A DNA stretch of 64,000 nt from Mytilus californianus. Taxonomy: Eukaryota. Of the stretch, positions 13,252-25,656 are shown one piece after another. Numbering within the stretch: the stretch's first letter is position 1; each line of letters opens with the position of its first letter. Below the pieces are notes generated by a model. The model was given only the letters and a program-made list of their open reading frames with translations, did no database searches and was not told the origin of the DNA. The DNA lies in the NCBI RefSeq assembly GCF_021869535.1, contig NW_026262582.1, positions 32,860,001 through 32,924,000 on the forward strand, read 5' to 3'. The position numbers were made by a program, and so were the translations under genes.

Positions 13252-13730
13252 CTAACTATATACATTATAAAATAATTTATAACACATTCGTGTAAACACG
13301 AATTGCTGTAAATACATGTAAATACATGTAATATGCTAATTACAAATATGTTTTTCTTTACAAATAAGACAAATCAAGTCTGAATACCATTTGAAAAATA
13401 AAATAGTGTTTAGATGGTGTAGAGACCAATTTAAAATGTCGATTTTTAGGCATCATTGTCATCCAGACTTATATGATAGAAAAAAAAACAAAGTTTATTC
13501 ATGTGTAGTTATTTGGTGACTTCCCAAAAAGTCGTTTCGTTTATGAAAACAGAAAAATGTCTTCTATCCAATTGATTATTACAATGTGAATGTAAAATTG
13601 TGTAATTTAATAATGTTACTAGTATCCGATAGTGCAACTATCTTGTTGAGTTCGATCAGATAAGTTTTCTATGAACCAGACCAAAGAGGTAGTATAACTA
13701 ATAAACCTTTAAAGAAATATTGACACTTAC

Positions 13731-14072
13731 TCTTTAGATCAACGGTGAATACAAGTATGTAAACTATTCCAGATTTCCAATGCTCGCAATTGTAATTCCC
13801 CACACCTAAGTCCGAGAAATTTCTGACAACCAAACTGCATTCATCGTTTTCATTATATCCAATAATATTAATGTTCAAGTCGTTAAGTTTCGGATTGTGA
13901 ATTAAGCCAGCCGTATAAGGTTCTTCCTCATATTTATCCATTTTTGTAATTGAAGATATTTTTGGACCTGACCATGAACTTTCATTATGCAGACTGCATG
14001 TAAAATTGAGGACAACATTTTCACCCTTTTCTACAAAAATCTGTGTGTGTGTTCTTCTAAAATTAGCATAAC
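13731..14072 (-). CDS. Locus A IgV exon (open)
   Basis: atgcag|GT TAT ... A|GTAAGT, 342 nt. Reads VVLNFTCS..SWSGP..PYTAG..CSLVVRNFSDLGVGNYNC. Confidence 0.88.
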
Positions 14073-14299
14073 CTGCATAATAAAACAGTCAAATAATGTT
14101 TAAATTAATTTCAACAAATATATAACCTTACCTTTTCTTCAATATTTTTTAATATAACAGTGTTTGAATAGAACTTGGCAGACAAAGTCAATAACATGAT
14201 AAGTTAAAACCATTTTCACCTTGTTTATTAGAGAACAGATGTGTAATATCTTGGTTTGTAAATTTTCTATGATAAAACGAGTGTTATTAAAAGACATAT

Positions 14300-14700
14300 A
14301 CAAAAAAATATACGAAACAATATTAAGACAAACAGACAAATAATAGTACAAGAGACACGACATAGTTAACTAAAGACTAAGCAACACGAACCCCATCAAA
14401 AACTGGGAGTGATCTCAGGTGCTCCAAAATGGTAAGCAGATCTTGCTCCACATGTGGCATCCATCGTGTTGCTCATGTTTTTACAAGCCCGGTAAATAGT
14501 TTAATTCGGTAGGTCACATTCGTGGTGAAAAGGGAAGTGGATTGTTGTTACATGTACGACATAAGTTACTTATCCGATATCGTCTGTGAAAAGGTTATTC
14601 GATAACGATCAACCAATGGCGTCCGTAAAATCTACGAAGTGATGATTTCAACTTCACCATTTTGACCTCTTGGTTTGTTACGCTTACAAAGATGAAGAGG
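14300..14700 (-). mobile_element. PLE family 2, 3' fragment
   Basis: Same motifs as 6560-6955 in reverse (gtaagcagatcttgctccacatgtggca, ggcgtccgtaaa). Confidence 0.78.
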
Positions 14701-15160
14701 AAATTGATTGATACTTTTTTTAATGCTATTAAATAGGTTACAAATGTTAACGTTGACAATCATCTTTATTGTTTTAAGAAAAGTATTGTAAACCTTAAAT
14801 ATCCATAAAAGTTCAAACAAGAAGCACGAGAGGATTACTGATGGATATTCATTTTCATAAACCATTCAGGTTACATATGTTATAACTTACTCGGTGTGAG
14901 TCAAGGCCCCGTGTTAAAGGCCGTAATTTCATCCTATAGTTGTTTACATTTTACAAATTGTGATTGGATGGGAAGTTGTCTCATTAACACTCATACTACA
15001 TCTTCTTATTCATGATTTTCAAACATGTAGTTTCGTTTGCCAATATTTGCAAGGTCTTTATTATTGAGATGGTAAGTATGACATCCTTTTTAAAAGATTT
15101 GATAATTAAAAAACATCGGTATTTATTTATTCATTAGAATCTAATATTGTTATATACTAC

Positions 15161-15224
15161 CTGAAGAATAACAATCAAGCAGAAATAACAGAAATATCTT
15201 CAAAATACAGCAACTGACGAGCAT
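15161..15224 (-). CDS. Locus A signal-peptide exon
   Basis: ATG at 15224: MLVSCCILKIFLLFLLDCYSS G|GTAGTA, phase-1 donor, preceded by a ttttcag acceptor. Confidence 0.75.
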
Positions 15225-16080
15225 TATCACATCTTTTTTAATTAACTGAAAATTAAAAGAATATAAATATTATTAGTACTCATAACTGTTTTAACGTGTC
15301 ATTTGCAAATAATTTAAATAGATAGGTAAGTAGTTGTAATCTGACATCTAAGTTGAAATTTTTCTACATTGCTCTATATATTTGTTATTTGCATAAACTG
15401 CAGACATGAACGTAAATAAATACCATCGACATTAAGACATGTTAATCCTTTTTATAGAAAAGGGCTACATATAGACAAATAGAGAAACTAAAATTGGTTA
15501 GTATGGTCTCAAAAGTAGATGAGTAAGTAATGGGTAACACACACAATGAAGCAGAGTATACATGTGAAAAGAAGAGATTCGATACTTAAAATAGTTCGTA
15601 ATTCCTAATAGTTCTATGTCTGTTAATGTAAACTTAAACTTAACCATGGCGTTGTCATTGTTTTTGACGTATGAGTATGAATGTCCCTTTGGTATTATTT
15701 GCCTCTCTCAAATTGTTTAGGTTAAACCTATATACGAACGAGGCAGTTCAAAGATAAATTCCCCTTCTGTTCAGATATCCTGGTATGCAGACAAGATGAA
15801 GTTGCTTGTCTGTATTAAATCGTACAAAATAATTAACTGATCAAATTTAAAAGCTAGACGTATAATACAACATATGTTACGAAAACATATTCAATTACAT
15901 TTTCTCTCAAATATTATTATTGGCATTATGTAACTTTTCACCTTTCCTAAGCCTTGTATATTTTACGGTTACTATATCTTATGAATACGATTCTGAAATA
16001 AACTAATCTGATATATTAAACGGTTTCTTTTCATTAGTTTGGTACATGTTATAGTATAACATTTGCAAGATATGAATGTT

Positions 16081-16575
16081 GTTGTATACCTGGAAACATA
16101 AAGGTAGTCTAACGAGTTGAGTTAGGGAAAATCTTCTTTGGCTCTTTTGGTTACAGCGCTGCCTTTAGATCCAGAGATTGAGGGTTTGATTCCCGCTGGA
16201 ACCATCCATGAGTTTTGCGAGCAATTACTACTTGTACATACAAGTGTGTATACGTGCTTGGCAGTTTGGTATGGTCACGAGTGTCAACCAGGACATAGGT
16301 GACCGGTACATGTCTATGTGACATGCAGGGAACTGGCCAGAGGATTACCAAGAAGAGGTCTCGGGGTTGTACAGTAGTGGACCTGTGAGTTGCTCGGATG
16401 GATGGTATGCAGCCCGAAAAAAGAATAGGGGGAAGAGTGTTGTACACCTGGGAATATAAAGGTAGTCTAACTAGTTGAGTTAGGGAAGATCTTATTTTAC
16501 TCAAGCGGTTAGAGCGCTGCTTTAAGATCCCGAGATTGATAGTTCGAATCCCGCTTGTACCATCCATGGATTTTT
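16081..16575 (+). repeat. ~358-nt period tandem unit (about 1.4 copies), each with a degenerate tRNA-like A/B-box segment
   Basis: ~135-nt direct repeat at 16081 and 16439. The second copy has actcaagcggttagagcgctg ... gttcgaatccc ... cca. Confidence 0.7.
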
Positions 16576-16624
16576 ACAACAATGATTAGGAATAGATTAA
16601 AGACAAATTTGTGATAGGACATGC

Positions 16625-16960
16625 TAAATAAAGGCAACAGTAGTATACCGCTGTTCGAAATTCATAAATCAATTGAAAAAAAAAAAAAACAAATCCGGGT
16701 TACAAACTACAACTAAGGGAAATACATCAAATAAAAGAGGAGAACTACGACACATCAGAAACACAACACTAAAATTTAACACACACAAAAACGAACTATA
16801 ATATAACAATGGCCATTTTCCTGACTTGGTACAGGACATTTTGAGAAAAAAACAAATGGTGGGTTAAACCTGGTTTTGTGACTAGCCAAACCTCCCGCTG
16901 TTATGGCAATGTTAAATATAACATTAAAATGACAACATTACATGACAGGACTACACTACA
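16625..16960 (+). mobile_element. Interspersed repeat family 3 (probable retroelement end)
   Basis: Shares ~100 nt with the 13141-13243 insertion. Confidence 0.6.
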
Positions 16961-17033
16961 AATAAATGGGAGAACATATAGGACAGAGAAACACACAAAT
17001 AATAGCTATCAAAAAGTATATATGTTTATGTAA

Positions 17034-18219
17034 CAGTAAATTTGTAAAATCAGGGATTATGTAGAATCCCTTTAAATTTCAGGGATTATGTAAAATCACT
17101 GGTTAGTTTAGGGATTATATATAATCGCTCCAATTTTCAGGGATTATTTATAATCACTAGAAAAAACGTCATGGACTATATAGATTAACTGAAATATATA
17201 ACATAAAGTAAAGAAAAAAAAGAAAAACATGGCATACATAATATTCTTTTTGTCGGACTTTTTTTTAACATTGTTTTTCACTGAGAATATAGAATAAAAT
17301 GAAAAAAATGAAATCGTCAATAAAGCTAGTTTACACGTACAATCGTAGTGATAGTCGTTCGGTTGTATGACGGAAACCAAGTGTTAAGCACAATATTTTA
17401 AAAACAATCATTTATTTTAACAAATTTGGATGGCATCGAATATTACACATTTGCCCTACCTTTGTACAGTCACATATATTCAATTCACATCTGTTTTTAC
17501 CACAATATCAACATTCTAAAAAACATTGTTCATTATATATCGAATAAGATTTTACGGCACGTCTAAGACAAACAGAGTTTAAAGCAACATCTGAAGGTAC
17601 CGTTTAAGGGAAATCAGCCTTGAATTGATATCATGTATGAGATCTGACCAGGATTCAATGCGTTATGGCAAGGCGTTAATCTTTTTCAGTCCTTTCGTGA
17701 ATAATGGCCAAGATGTTTTTGCGATCTCTTTTTCCTCGAAACACTTGTGGAATTGTAATGAGATATGCATATCTTGCATTTTGTTTTTCCTCTGCAATTT
17801 GAATTAACATTCAACCCAAGCAATATCTGTGCCTGTACCATGCTTATTTGTTCGTGACATAATGAGGTTTAACAGATGAGTAAAATATAAATGAAAAAAA
17901 ACTGATCACTTAAGATTCACATAGTAGATCAGGAATGCAAACTGTTCACTTTAACTTTCAAGGAGTAAGAAAAACAAAAAATGATAATATGTCTATATTT
18001 ATTTATTCTTTTCATGAAACAAAGAATCATTGAATAATTGATAATACCTGAAATCATATTTGTGAATTTGTAGAATAATTATTAAAATGTTCAGTGTTTA
18101 TGTAAAATCACCGGTCATTTTCAGGGAATCTATATAATCACTAAAATGGTTTAAGTGATTCTACATAATCCCTGATAAAACAGGAATTATACATAATCCC
18201 TGATTATACAAATTCACTG
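17034..18219. mobile_element. Non-autonomous TIR element (~1.19 kb) with subterminal cagggattat(g/a)ta(a)aatc repeats
   Basis: Left cagtaaatttgtaaaatcagggattatgt versus right (rc) cagtgaatttgtataatcagggattatgt. TAA flanks both ends. Confidence 0.75.
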
Positions 18220-19379
18220 TAACATATACATTACAAGATTATTGCATCGTATTTACTTGCGTTTGTTTAAATTACATCCATTAAGTGGCTAAGAAATAAT
18301 GGATATATTAATTGAAAAGTTTTCAACGAATGGAATTCTTCAAACCACACTGACTTAACAAGAACAGCCGATATTAATCAACTTCGACTGAGGCTTTCGC
18401 TAAATTATGTTTTAGTACTTGTTTTTTTTATATCATTATAACTTAACAGACTAAACAAATTTTTGTTGAACTCCCTACAAGATTCTGGTAAACTGAATCC
18501 CCCTATCCAATATAACTCTACATTCGAGTTGTAGACCTTATTACCTGATCGTCATCCCGGTCTTCCCACTTTGCAGAATCTATTGCTGTATTAATATATA
18601 TCAATGTTTGAGCCAGTTCTAAATATGCATAAAGTAAACATCATTTGACTTTAAGCAAGCAACATAAATTAATCATTAGTCCAAGGATTGTCATCAAACG
18701 TTGAACTTTCTTTCAATTATAGGTGGCAATCAAGGACTGTTACCAAACTGCTTTTATTTCTAATTTATTTCACGCAACGTAATAAGTTGAATTTATATAT
18801 GTTGCCTCAAAGAAAGAAACTATGTATAAAGAAACAACTAAATGACTCAAAGAATTACCTTATAACTGAAGTATAACAAACACATTGGACATCACGTACG
18901 AGATAATTCATACTTCTACTAATAAGAAACGTAGCGCCTTTGCCTATTGTCTTTGTGAATGTTAATTTTACTGCTTGGTCTGTTTTTGGTAATGTCCGTT
19001 TGACGTGACTCTGTTCTATGACATTTTTTGTATTTTTGTCTTGCATTTTTGCTAGTGTGCTTTGTCTGTATTCCCTTTTGTGATTCTTTGATACATATGA
19101 CATGGTTCTGCACTTATACACACCGTCATTGCGTTATTATGCTATTGTATTTTTTTGTATTTTTGTCTTTCATTTTTGCTACTGTGATCTGTCTTTATGC
19201 CTTTTGTGGGCTTCTTTGTTACATATGTGTTTGTTTTTATAGTGATTTAAACATGTTAAATTGTGACACAATGTTGACTGCTGAACCCCTATTTTTGGAC
19301 ATTTTTACTTTTTGTGTCTGTGTGTTTTGTTCACACATTATTTTCAATATATTAGCATTTGATACTACTATCATACAAT

Positions 19380-19560
19380 TGAGAGGTTTAGCTAGCAGCT
19401 GTAAAACCAGGTTTAATCAGCTATTTTGTACATAAAAAAATGCCGGTACCTATTCAAGAATATGACAGTTGTTATCCATTCGTTTGATGTGTTTGAGATT
19501 TTGATTTTGCCATTTGGTTAGGGACTTTCGTTTTTTTTAATTTTCCTCGGAGTTCACTAC
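19380..19560 (+). repeat. Interspersed repeat family 4 (second copy ~44515-44640)
   Basis: attcgtttgatgtgtttg..ttttgattt..ccattt..ttagggacttt..aattttcct..gagttc is shared between the two sites. Confidence 0.65.
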
Positions 19561-20199
19561 TTTTTAATTGTGACTTATCTTTGGTTACCTCCTTAACTGT
19601 GCCATTAATAAGTCGATTGTAAGTTCACTTCATAACATTATAGCAAGATTAAAGGCATTCGGTGAAACTATATATTTACGTATTAGTATTTCTATTGACA
19701 TTAAAATTTAGATAGTATACATTCTGCGAAGTAACAAAATTCTTTTTAAATGAAAATATTAATCGTTAGTAATTAAACAAATCTAACCTTGTTATGGATA
19801 TATGTGCAGTTAAACGTTTTCTCTGCATTCCATTCAAACTAATATACTCCTTGAAGATTCTTGAAAAGGTTCTCTATCGTATTTTATTCGGTAGAGCAAA
19901 AAACGTATAAGGAAAATGAACCCACAACAAATTGATGACAGACATTTGTAGAATTTAATAAGGTTGGTGTGTTTTCTGTGACAGTGCTGATAACATCAAC
20001 ATGATCAATGTAAACAAATCATTAATTCTTAATTTTTCCTCTTTTCGAATGTTCTTTTCCGTTATCATTTATTGAAAACAAAATGAAGAGGAAATAAATA
20101 CAAATAAAGTACAATGGACAACTTTTACTTCGAATCATTATAACAATTTAATAATTCATATAGTTTCATTTCTTTCCATTTTTTATTTATTTAGCTTTT

Positions 20200-21705
20200 A
20201 AGTGGCTTTGTTGAACTAACTGTCATTAACTGAAGTACTGAGTCTCTCAAATCTGTACTGTCTGTCTTTGTGTGCTTTGTATCGATATTAAGAGTTTGGC
20301 ACTTTTCAACTGATATAGATTTGTATCAGTTTTTCCTAGGTAATGTTGTTACACATCCGTCTAAGGAGAAGTCGGAAGGAGCAAGGAGGGTTGATGTGGA
20401 GCACCTGCAAACAGGTTTATCCCTGCCACATTAGGTATGTACATTTCTTAGGTCAAGACCTGTTATTCGGTGGTTGTATTATTCGTTCAAAGTTGCTATA
20501 TAACTTAGGACGTTAGTTTTCCTGTTATCAGGCCTTTAAAAGCTGCCTTTATGGCTTATTGAGTTTTCTCATTGTTGAAGGCCTAACATTTTTGGTTTTA
20601 TTTTCGTCGTTTGAAATCTGGTGGATACTTGACTGATTAGCTCTCATTCAAAATCATTTTATTTTTTTCTTTACGAAATGAATACAGAATGTGGCGGGGT
20701 TAAACTAATTTGATGCGTCACCCCTCGCCTATCATGGGACATTGATTTCACAGTACAACATAATAACAAATTATAAAAATCAGTACGAAAAACACACAAT
20801 GCAAACATTTACTTTACTACTTGAACAAAATAGAAACATAGCAACATAAGCAAATAGTTTGAAAGCCTATTATTTTTAATATTTTGATGACGGTTTCTGT
20901 TGCTTGCTTTTGATTGTTTTTTGTTAGTTTATAGTATTTTTTTCTTTTAATTTGAATTTGTTTTTTTGCTGTCGAGATATTATGCACATTTTAATTATTA
21001 GTTGACTACGATCCAAACGCTTAAAAGCACTATAAATCACACTCAAGAAAATTAACTCAAATTCTTTAAATAAAAAGAAGATGCGGTGTGCATATATGAT
21101 TGCAAATGAAACAACTCTTGATATTTGACAAAATGACATATCATTAACAATTATAATGACCATACTGCCTTGACCAATTAGCAAAGCCCATACCACATAG
21201 TCAGTTATAAAAGGTCCCAAAATGACAAATGTAACACAATTCAAACGAGACAACTAACTTCTGTTCATAATAATGAAATTATAACAAATATGTAATAACA
21301 CAGCTATTAACGACAACTACTGAATTACATGTTTTCTGACCTTAAACAAGGACATACAAAATGTGGCGGGGTTAAACCATTTTGAATGCGTCAACCCTCC
21401 CCTAACATGGGACATTAATTTAACAGTACAACATAATAACAAACAATACAAACCTGTTGAATAAGGCTTAACTCATCAGACGGATACGAAGAGAAATACA
21501 TCTAATAAAAAGCACAAAGTGTACGTGGATCGGTACTTGTACACCCCAACAACAAAAAGAACTGTACAACATAATACCAAATTATAAAAATCAGTACGAA
21601 AGACAAACAATGCAAAGATTACTTTACTACTTGCACAAAAAAGAAACATAGCAAATAATTCGACAGCCTATTATTTAAAATATTTTGATGACGGTTTATG
21701 TTGTA
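20200..21705. repeat. Cluster of decayed PLE family 1 3' fragments in both orientations, plus a local direct duplication
   Basis: 20200-20660 (+) and 21071-21560 (-) resemble the family 1 3'UTR. ~150-nt block acagtacaacataat...gatgacggttt occurs at ~20753 and ~21562. Confidence 0.6.
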
Positions 21706-21931
21706 TATGACGTATTCAGACATATGTACCAACTGCTCATGTTTGTAAACTAGTCATCATGATTGACGTAAAATCAAGAAATCATGAATGGTTGATGATT
21801 CATTAACGCAAAGATACAAATAAAGATAGTTATATAAATTTGAAACTTATGGAATAAGTTATTATACATGCTATTCCAATCAAAATTTGTCTCCTGTGAT
21901 AGCATGTCTTTTGTAATTTTCTTGAATCAGC

Positions 21932-22467
21932 TCATTGTTTTCTTTTGTATATTACAAGCCAGTGATTTATGAGACTATCCATTGAAATATTTAAGTATTT
22001 GGAAGTATTTTTCGACAAGCTAGGTGGAAATATAATCGTGTTTTGATAATGGCTTGAGACGATGTTACTATAATGATGCATATCGATATCACAAAGATTT
22101 ATCGCTTGATACGGATTTTCATAACCGTCACCAGATTGTTTTATAGAAGAGCTGTCATCAGAGCTAACAACATGAACAACATCGGCTCTTAATATATTAT
22201 CGTTACTTTCGATACTGCTTGAGGCATTATCATTATTCAATCCTGCATTGTTGGCTGTATGATCAAAAATAGCATTGTTGTAATTCAAAGTTCCTATTTC
22301 ATCATAGTTATTATCTGGATTCATGTTAACAATCTCGCTCATGTTTTTTCCACGCTCACTGTAGCAGAAAATATGTAAGCATCCACATAATAAAGCTATT
22401 CCTGCAGCTATACTGCCCATTAATATCCAACAATACCCATATACATATGTAGATTTAAAGTCGTCGT
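21932..22467 (-). CDS. Locus C terminal exon (TM + Tyr-motif tail), open
   Basis: tttcag|AC GAC GAC. TM CWILMGSIAAGIALLCGCLHIFC, then YDEIG, YNNA, YENPYQAI, YSNI, YQNTI, WLVIYKRKQ*. Confidence 0.9.
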
Positions 22468-23277
22468 CTGAAAATGAAATGAAATACAAATGATGAAATC
22501 AATTATTTATTCGTATTTAGACAATAATTAAGTATTTTTGTTATCAAATGACATTATGCTGCAATTTTGTTTGAATCAGGCTAAAATGCTTCAAGATTTT
22601 TGTTCGCAATAACACAAATCATAATGTGTGCCTTTATTCACATTGCAAACTCTTACTTTATAGAACACGTTGCATAACTATGCTTATAACATAATAATAT
22701 GATTTAGATTCGGGTGATTGTAAGTAGAGGACGACACCAAAGTCTATTTTCCAGTCTTGGAATAGCCTACCGCAGGTTACAACAATATGCATTATGGTGG
22801 TATTAATATTTTTCGTTAGTTTTAATTTGAATGTAAGATGTTTTATAAAAAAAATCAACTACTTATCAAAACAAAAGGATACATATATCAAGAAGAAATT
22901 GAAAACACATCAATAGAGACAAACATGAAAACTAGGTTGAAAAAAGTAACAAATGTGACGAAAATTGAAAAAAGTTCTCAAAACCTTTCCTCAAAAACTA
23001 CATGAATTAATAACTGATATTTTAAATGGAAACACGTCTGATTGGTCAATTTGAAGTTGATATGGTCATAATCACAAATAACTACATTACATGTATAATT
23101 CATTATAATACGTTATAATGATTGACCAACAGAATCTCCCGTCATTTTGAAATAAGATTAATTCCAAAATGAATTGTAACATTCATGATGACTGGAAATT
23201 TGTGCACAGGTAAATAAAAGAAAAAGACTCGAAAGAAATCGTGTTTTCATGATCCTAGCAAATAAGAAATGTAACTA

Positions 23278-23437
23278 TAAGTATTGAATGATTCTTTTAG
23301 TAATTTTATAGGGTTGTAAAAGTGTTGACCGTGCGTACATTTTTAGAATGAAGTGCTTCCGCGATTCATACAAAATGTTCTTCGGTCAACGCTTTTACAC
23401 CCCAAATAAATTTACAAAAAGAAGCATTCAATTCTTA
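23278..23437. mobile_element. 160-bp fold-back (palindromic) MITE
   Basis: Left arm taagtattgaatgattctttt...gtaaaagtgttgaccg pairs with right arm cggtcaacgcttttac...aaaagaagcattcaattctta. Confidence 0.8.
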
Positions 23438-23917
23438 AAATAACTGCGAACACCATTTTTTTTTTAATTTTAAGGTTTATTTATCCCATAAATAGATTGC
23501 TTTATTATGTTTATCAATATATGGCAGAACCTTTCGAATTTTGGGGTCGAAATGCTCAACAACTTCGTATTTCACTTGGCGTTTCTAACCTTTTTAAATT
23601 GCGCGTCACTTATAATCTTTGAAAGACGAAACGGATGTCTGGTATTCAACATGTTAATCCTCGTTTTTAAGATTATTTTGCTTATTACTTCTTGTAACAT
23701 TTATATTTTATTTTACCTTGTATTTGCATTGTTATTTCCTTTAACATATTATTTGTTTTGAAATCTGATTTTATTCTTAACGTTTATCTAATCTATTAAA
23801 GATAGCAAAGCGCACAAATTTGAAAAAAATGAGAAAAAGTAATAAAGAAACTGTATCTTAGTGCGATAAAAGGATGTCTGTCTTTTTTTTTTGCTAAATT
23901 TACGCCATGAAACTCAC

Positions 23918-23956
23918 CTGATACATTGTCAATTAAATTGGTTGTCGTGTTGTTCA
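23918..23956 (-). CDS. Locus C stalk micro-exon 3 (39 nt)
   Basis: tcttatttcag|TG AAC AAC ACG ACA ACC AAT TTA ATT GAC AAT GTA TCA G|GTGAGT. Confidence 0.75.
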
Positions 23957-24178
23957 CTGAAATAAGATTTCAAGAATATATTAGAGTAAAATAACGAAAA
24001 ATGATCGAATACTATTTAAAACAAAAATTTCCGTTATATCATATGTATCATATGTATATAGATAATAATGTACATTTGATTGCAATAAAGAAAATATATT
24101 GGAAGGATATAAGTATATTATTTAATTATTATCAATGTTATTAAGTGTGAGAATGTTACATGTACCCTTAAAACTTAC

Positions 24179-24217
24179 CTAAAGAAGTGACAACTAGTGT
24201 GATTGTTGAAGGTGTAT
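24179..24217 (-). CDS. Locus C stalk micro-exon 2 (39 nt)
   Basis: tcttattacag|AT ACA CCT TCA ACA ATC ACA CTA GTT GTC ACT TCT TTA G|GTAAGT. Confidence 0.78.
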
Positions 24218-24400
24218 CTGTAATAAGATTTAAAACAAATAAGAAAGCATAGTAACGAGAAACGATAAGAACGCAGACAGAACAATGGACGAACACGAGT
24301 CAACATAACAAAGATGCCAGTTAATTAAGATATATGTATGGCATTTTATTATTATTATCATTGATATAGCTATCTTTGATATTTTAGATTGAAAACTCAC

Positions 24401-24439
24401 CCAAAGAAGAGTCAACTGATGGGCTGGTTGTTCTGCTAT
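24401..24439 (-). CDS. Locus C stalk micro-exon 1 (39 nt)
   Basis: ttgttttacag|AT AGC AGA ACA ACC AGC CCA TCA GTT GAC TCT TCT TTG G|GTGAGT. Confidence 0.75.
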
Positions 24440-25656
24440 CTGTAAAACAATTTCAAAAATTAGAAAAGCAACATAACGAGTATCAATACCATGAGACATT
24501 GATTCATTATGCACGTTGTAGTTCGTCTCATTTTGATAGCACTTTAATAAATGGTATCCTACATAAGAGATATTTTCAAATGTTGTGTCAAATGTTTCTG
24601 CAAAAGCGCCTACAATTATCTTATTTGAGATGTTGTTATTCATATGTAGAAAGGTGCAACAGCATCTGTATCAAATATTAATACACAAAAAACATGATCC
24701 CAGGTGATCCTGTCTTTCTAATAATAAAATCAAACATTTTAATTCTATCGAGCCTGCGACATATTTGTGGAATCGAAAAATAACGACGCAAAAGGTAAAC
24801 ACATGTGTTTCATTCATGTTCCCTATTCATCTGATAACTGCACTTTAGTCTTTTTTTTTTTTTTGCAGTTGGAATTTAGATACAGTCGGGATTACATTTT
24901 TGTCACCATTACAATTTTGTTAAATCTATTCAGATATTTTTAAAACCTTTGAACATTTTTTTTTATGGTTTTTAAAACAAAATCATTCTTCTTTTACTGC
25001 TAAATGGTGTAGGTTTTAACACTCAATATTACATACACTTATTGATACCGAGTCGCATGGTTCAGGAAAACCTTTTACGATATGATTAAAATTTATTTTT
25101 TTGAATAGTCATCATCATTTTTTTCTAAAGTAAGACTGCTATTAACAAGTGCATTTTCCCAAACAAATTGAAAACAATAGTGATCTCATAAGTTAAGTAT
25201 GTTAATTTCAACCACAGTACACACGAATGAATTTATACATGTGCAGGTATCATTGTACTAGCCAGACATGCATGATTTAGGAAGAACCATCTAAGGTATA
25301 TCAATAATCTGTAATAAACTAAACCTATAACATGCAATTGTGCCACATGAGCTTAAACCTAGTCCTTTAAAACAAATAGTTCAGGACATATCATAAAGCT
25401 TTTAATTCATTTACAAAAAACCTTTAACACTGAAAAAGTGTCCTTTGATTTGGAAACTGCAAAGTTTTCCTTGATTTACAAGACATGTTTCGCTTACAAT
25501 CATGAAAATGATAGACCTCTTTCTCTTACATGCATATGTTGGAAAATTATGAACATGTGGGAACTTATGCCGTCGTGACACATGCAGACAACAATCACAC
25601 GAAATAAACACGCATTAAAAACCATACATGACATCCGAAGTAATCTGTATACTCAC

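Larger units (their letters stand above)
900..15224 (-). pseudogene. Locus A: IgSF receptor pseudogene (signal-IgV-Ig-Ig-Ig-Ig-FN3-TM-Tyr tail), paralog of locus B
   Basis: Eight exons collinear with locus B. Lesions: TE insertion with stop in Ig2 exon, degenerate 5' half of Ig3, +1 nt in Ig5, -2 nt in FN3, -1 nt after TM, and TGG>TAG near C-terminus. Confidence 0.85.

Noticed and set aside
16137-16562. Functional tRNA genes, and the 138-aa minus ORF 16151-16567
   Set aside because: Acceptor, anticodon and T stems do not pair properly. The ORF is antisense to the repeat and has no recognisable motif.
19028-19435. 135-aa hydrophobic ORF as a membrane protein
   Set aside because: T/G-rich low-complexity repeat sequence that yields F/C/V-rich translations
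24490-24558. Possible fourth stalk exon (69 nt, YHLLKCYQNETNYNVHNESMSH)
   Set aside because: Weak donor (GTATTG) and only a 50-nt intron to the next exon. Cannot be supported without RNA data.
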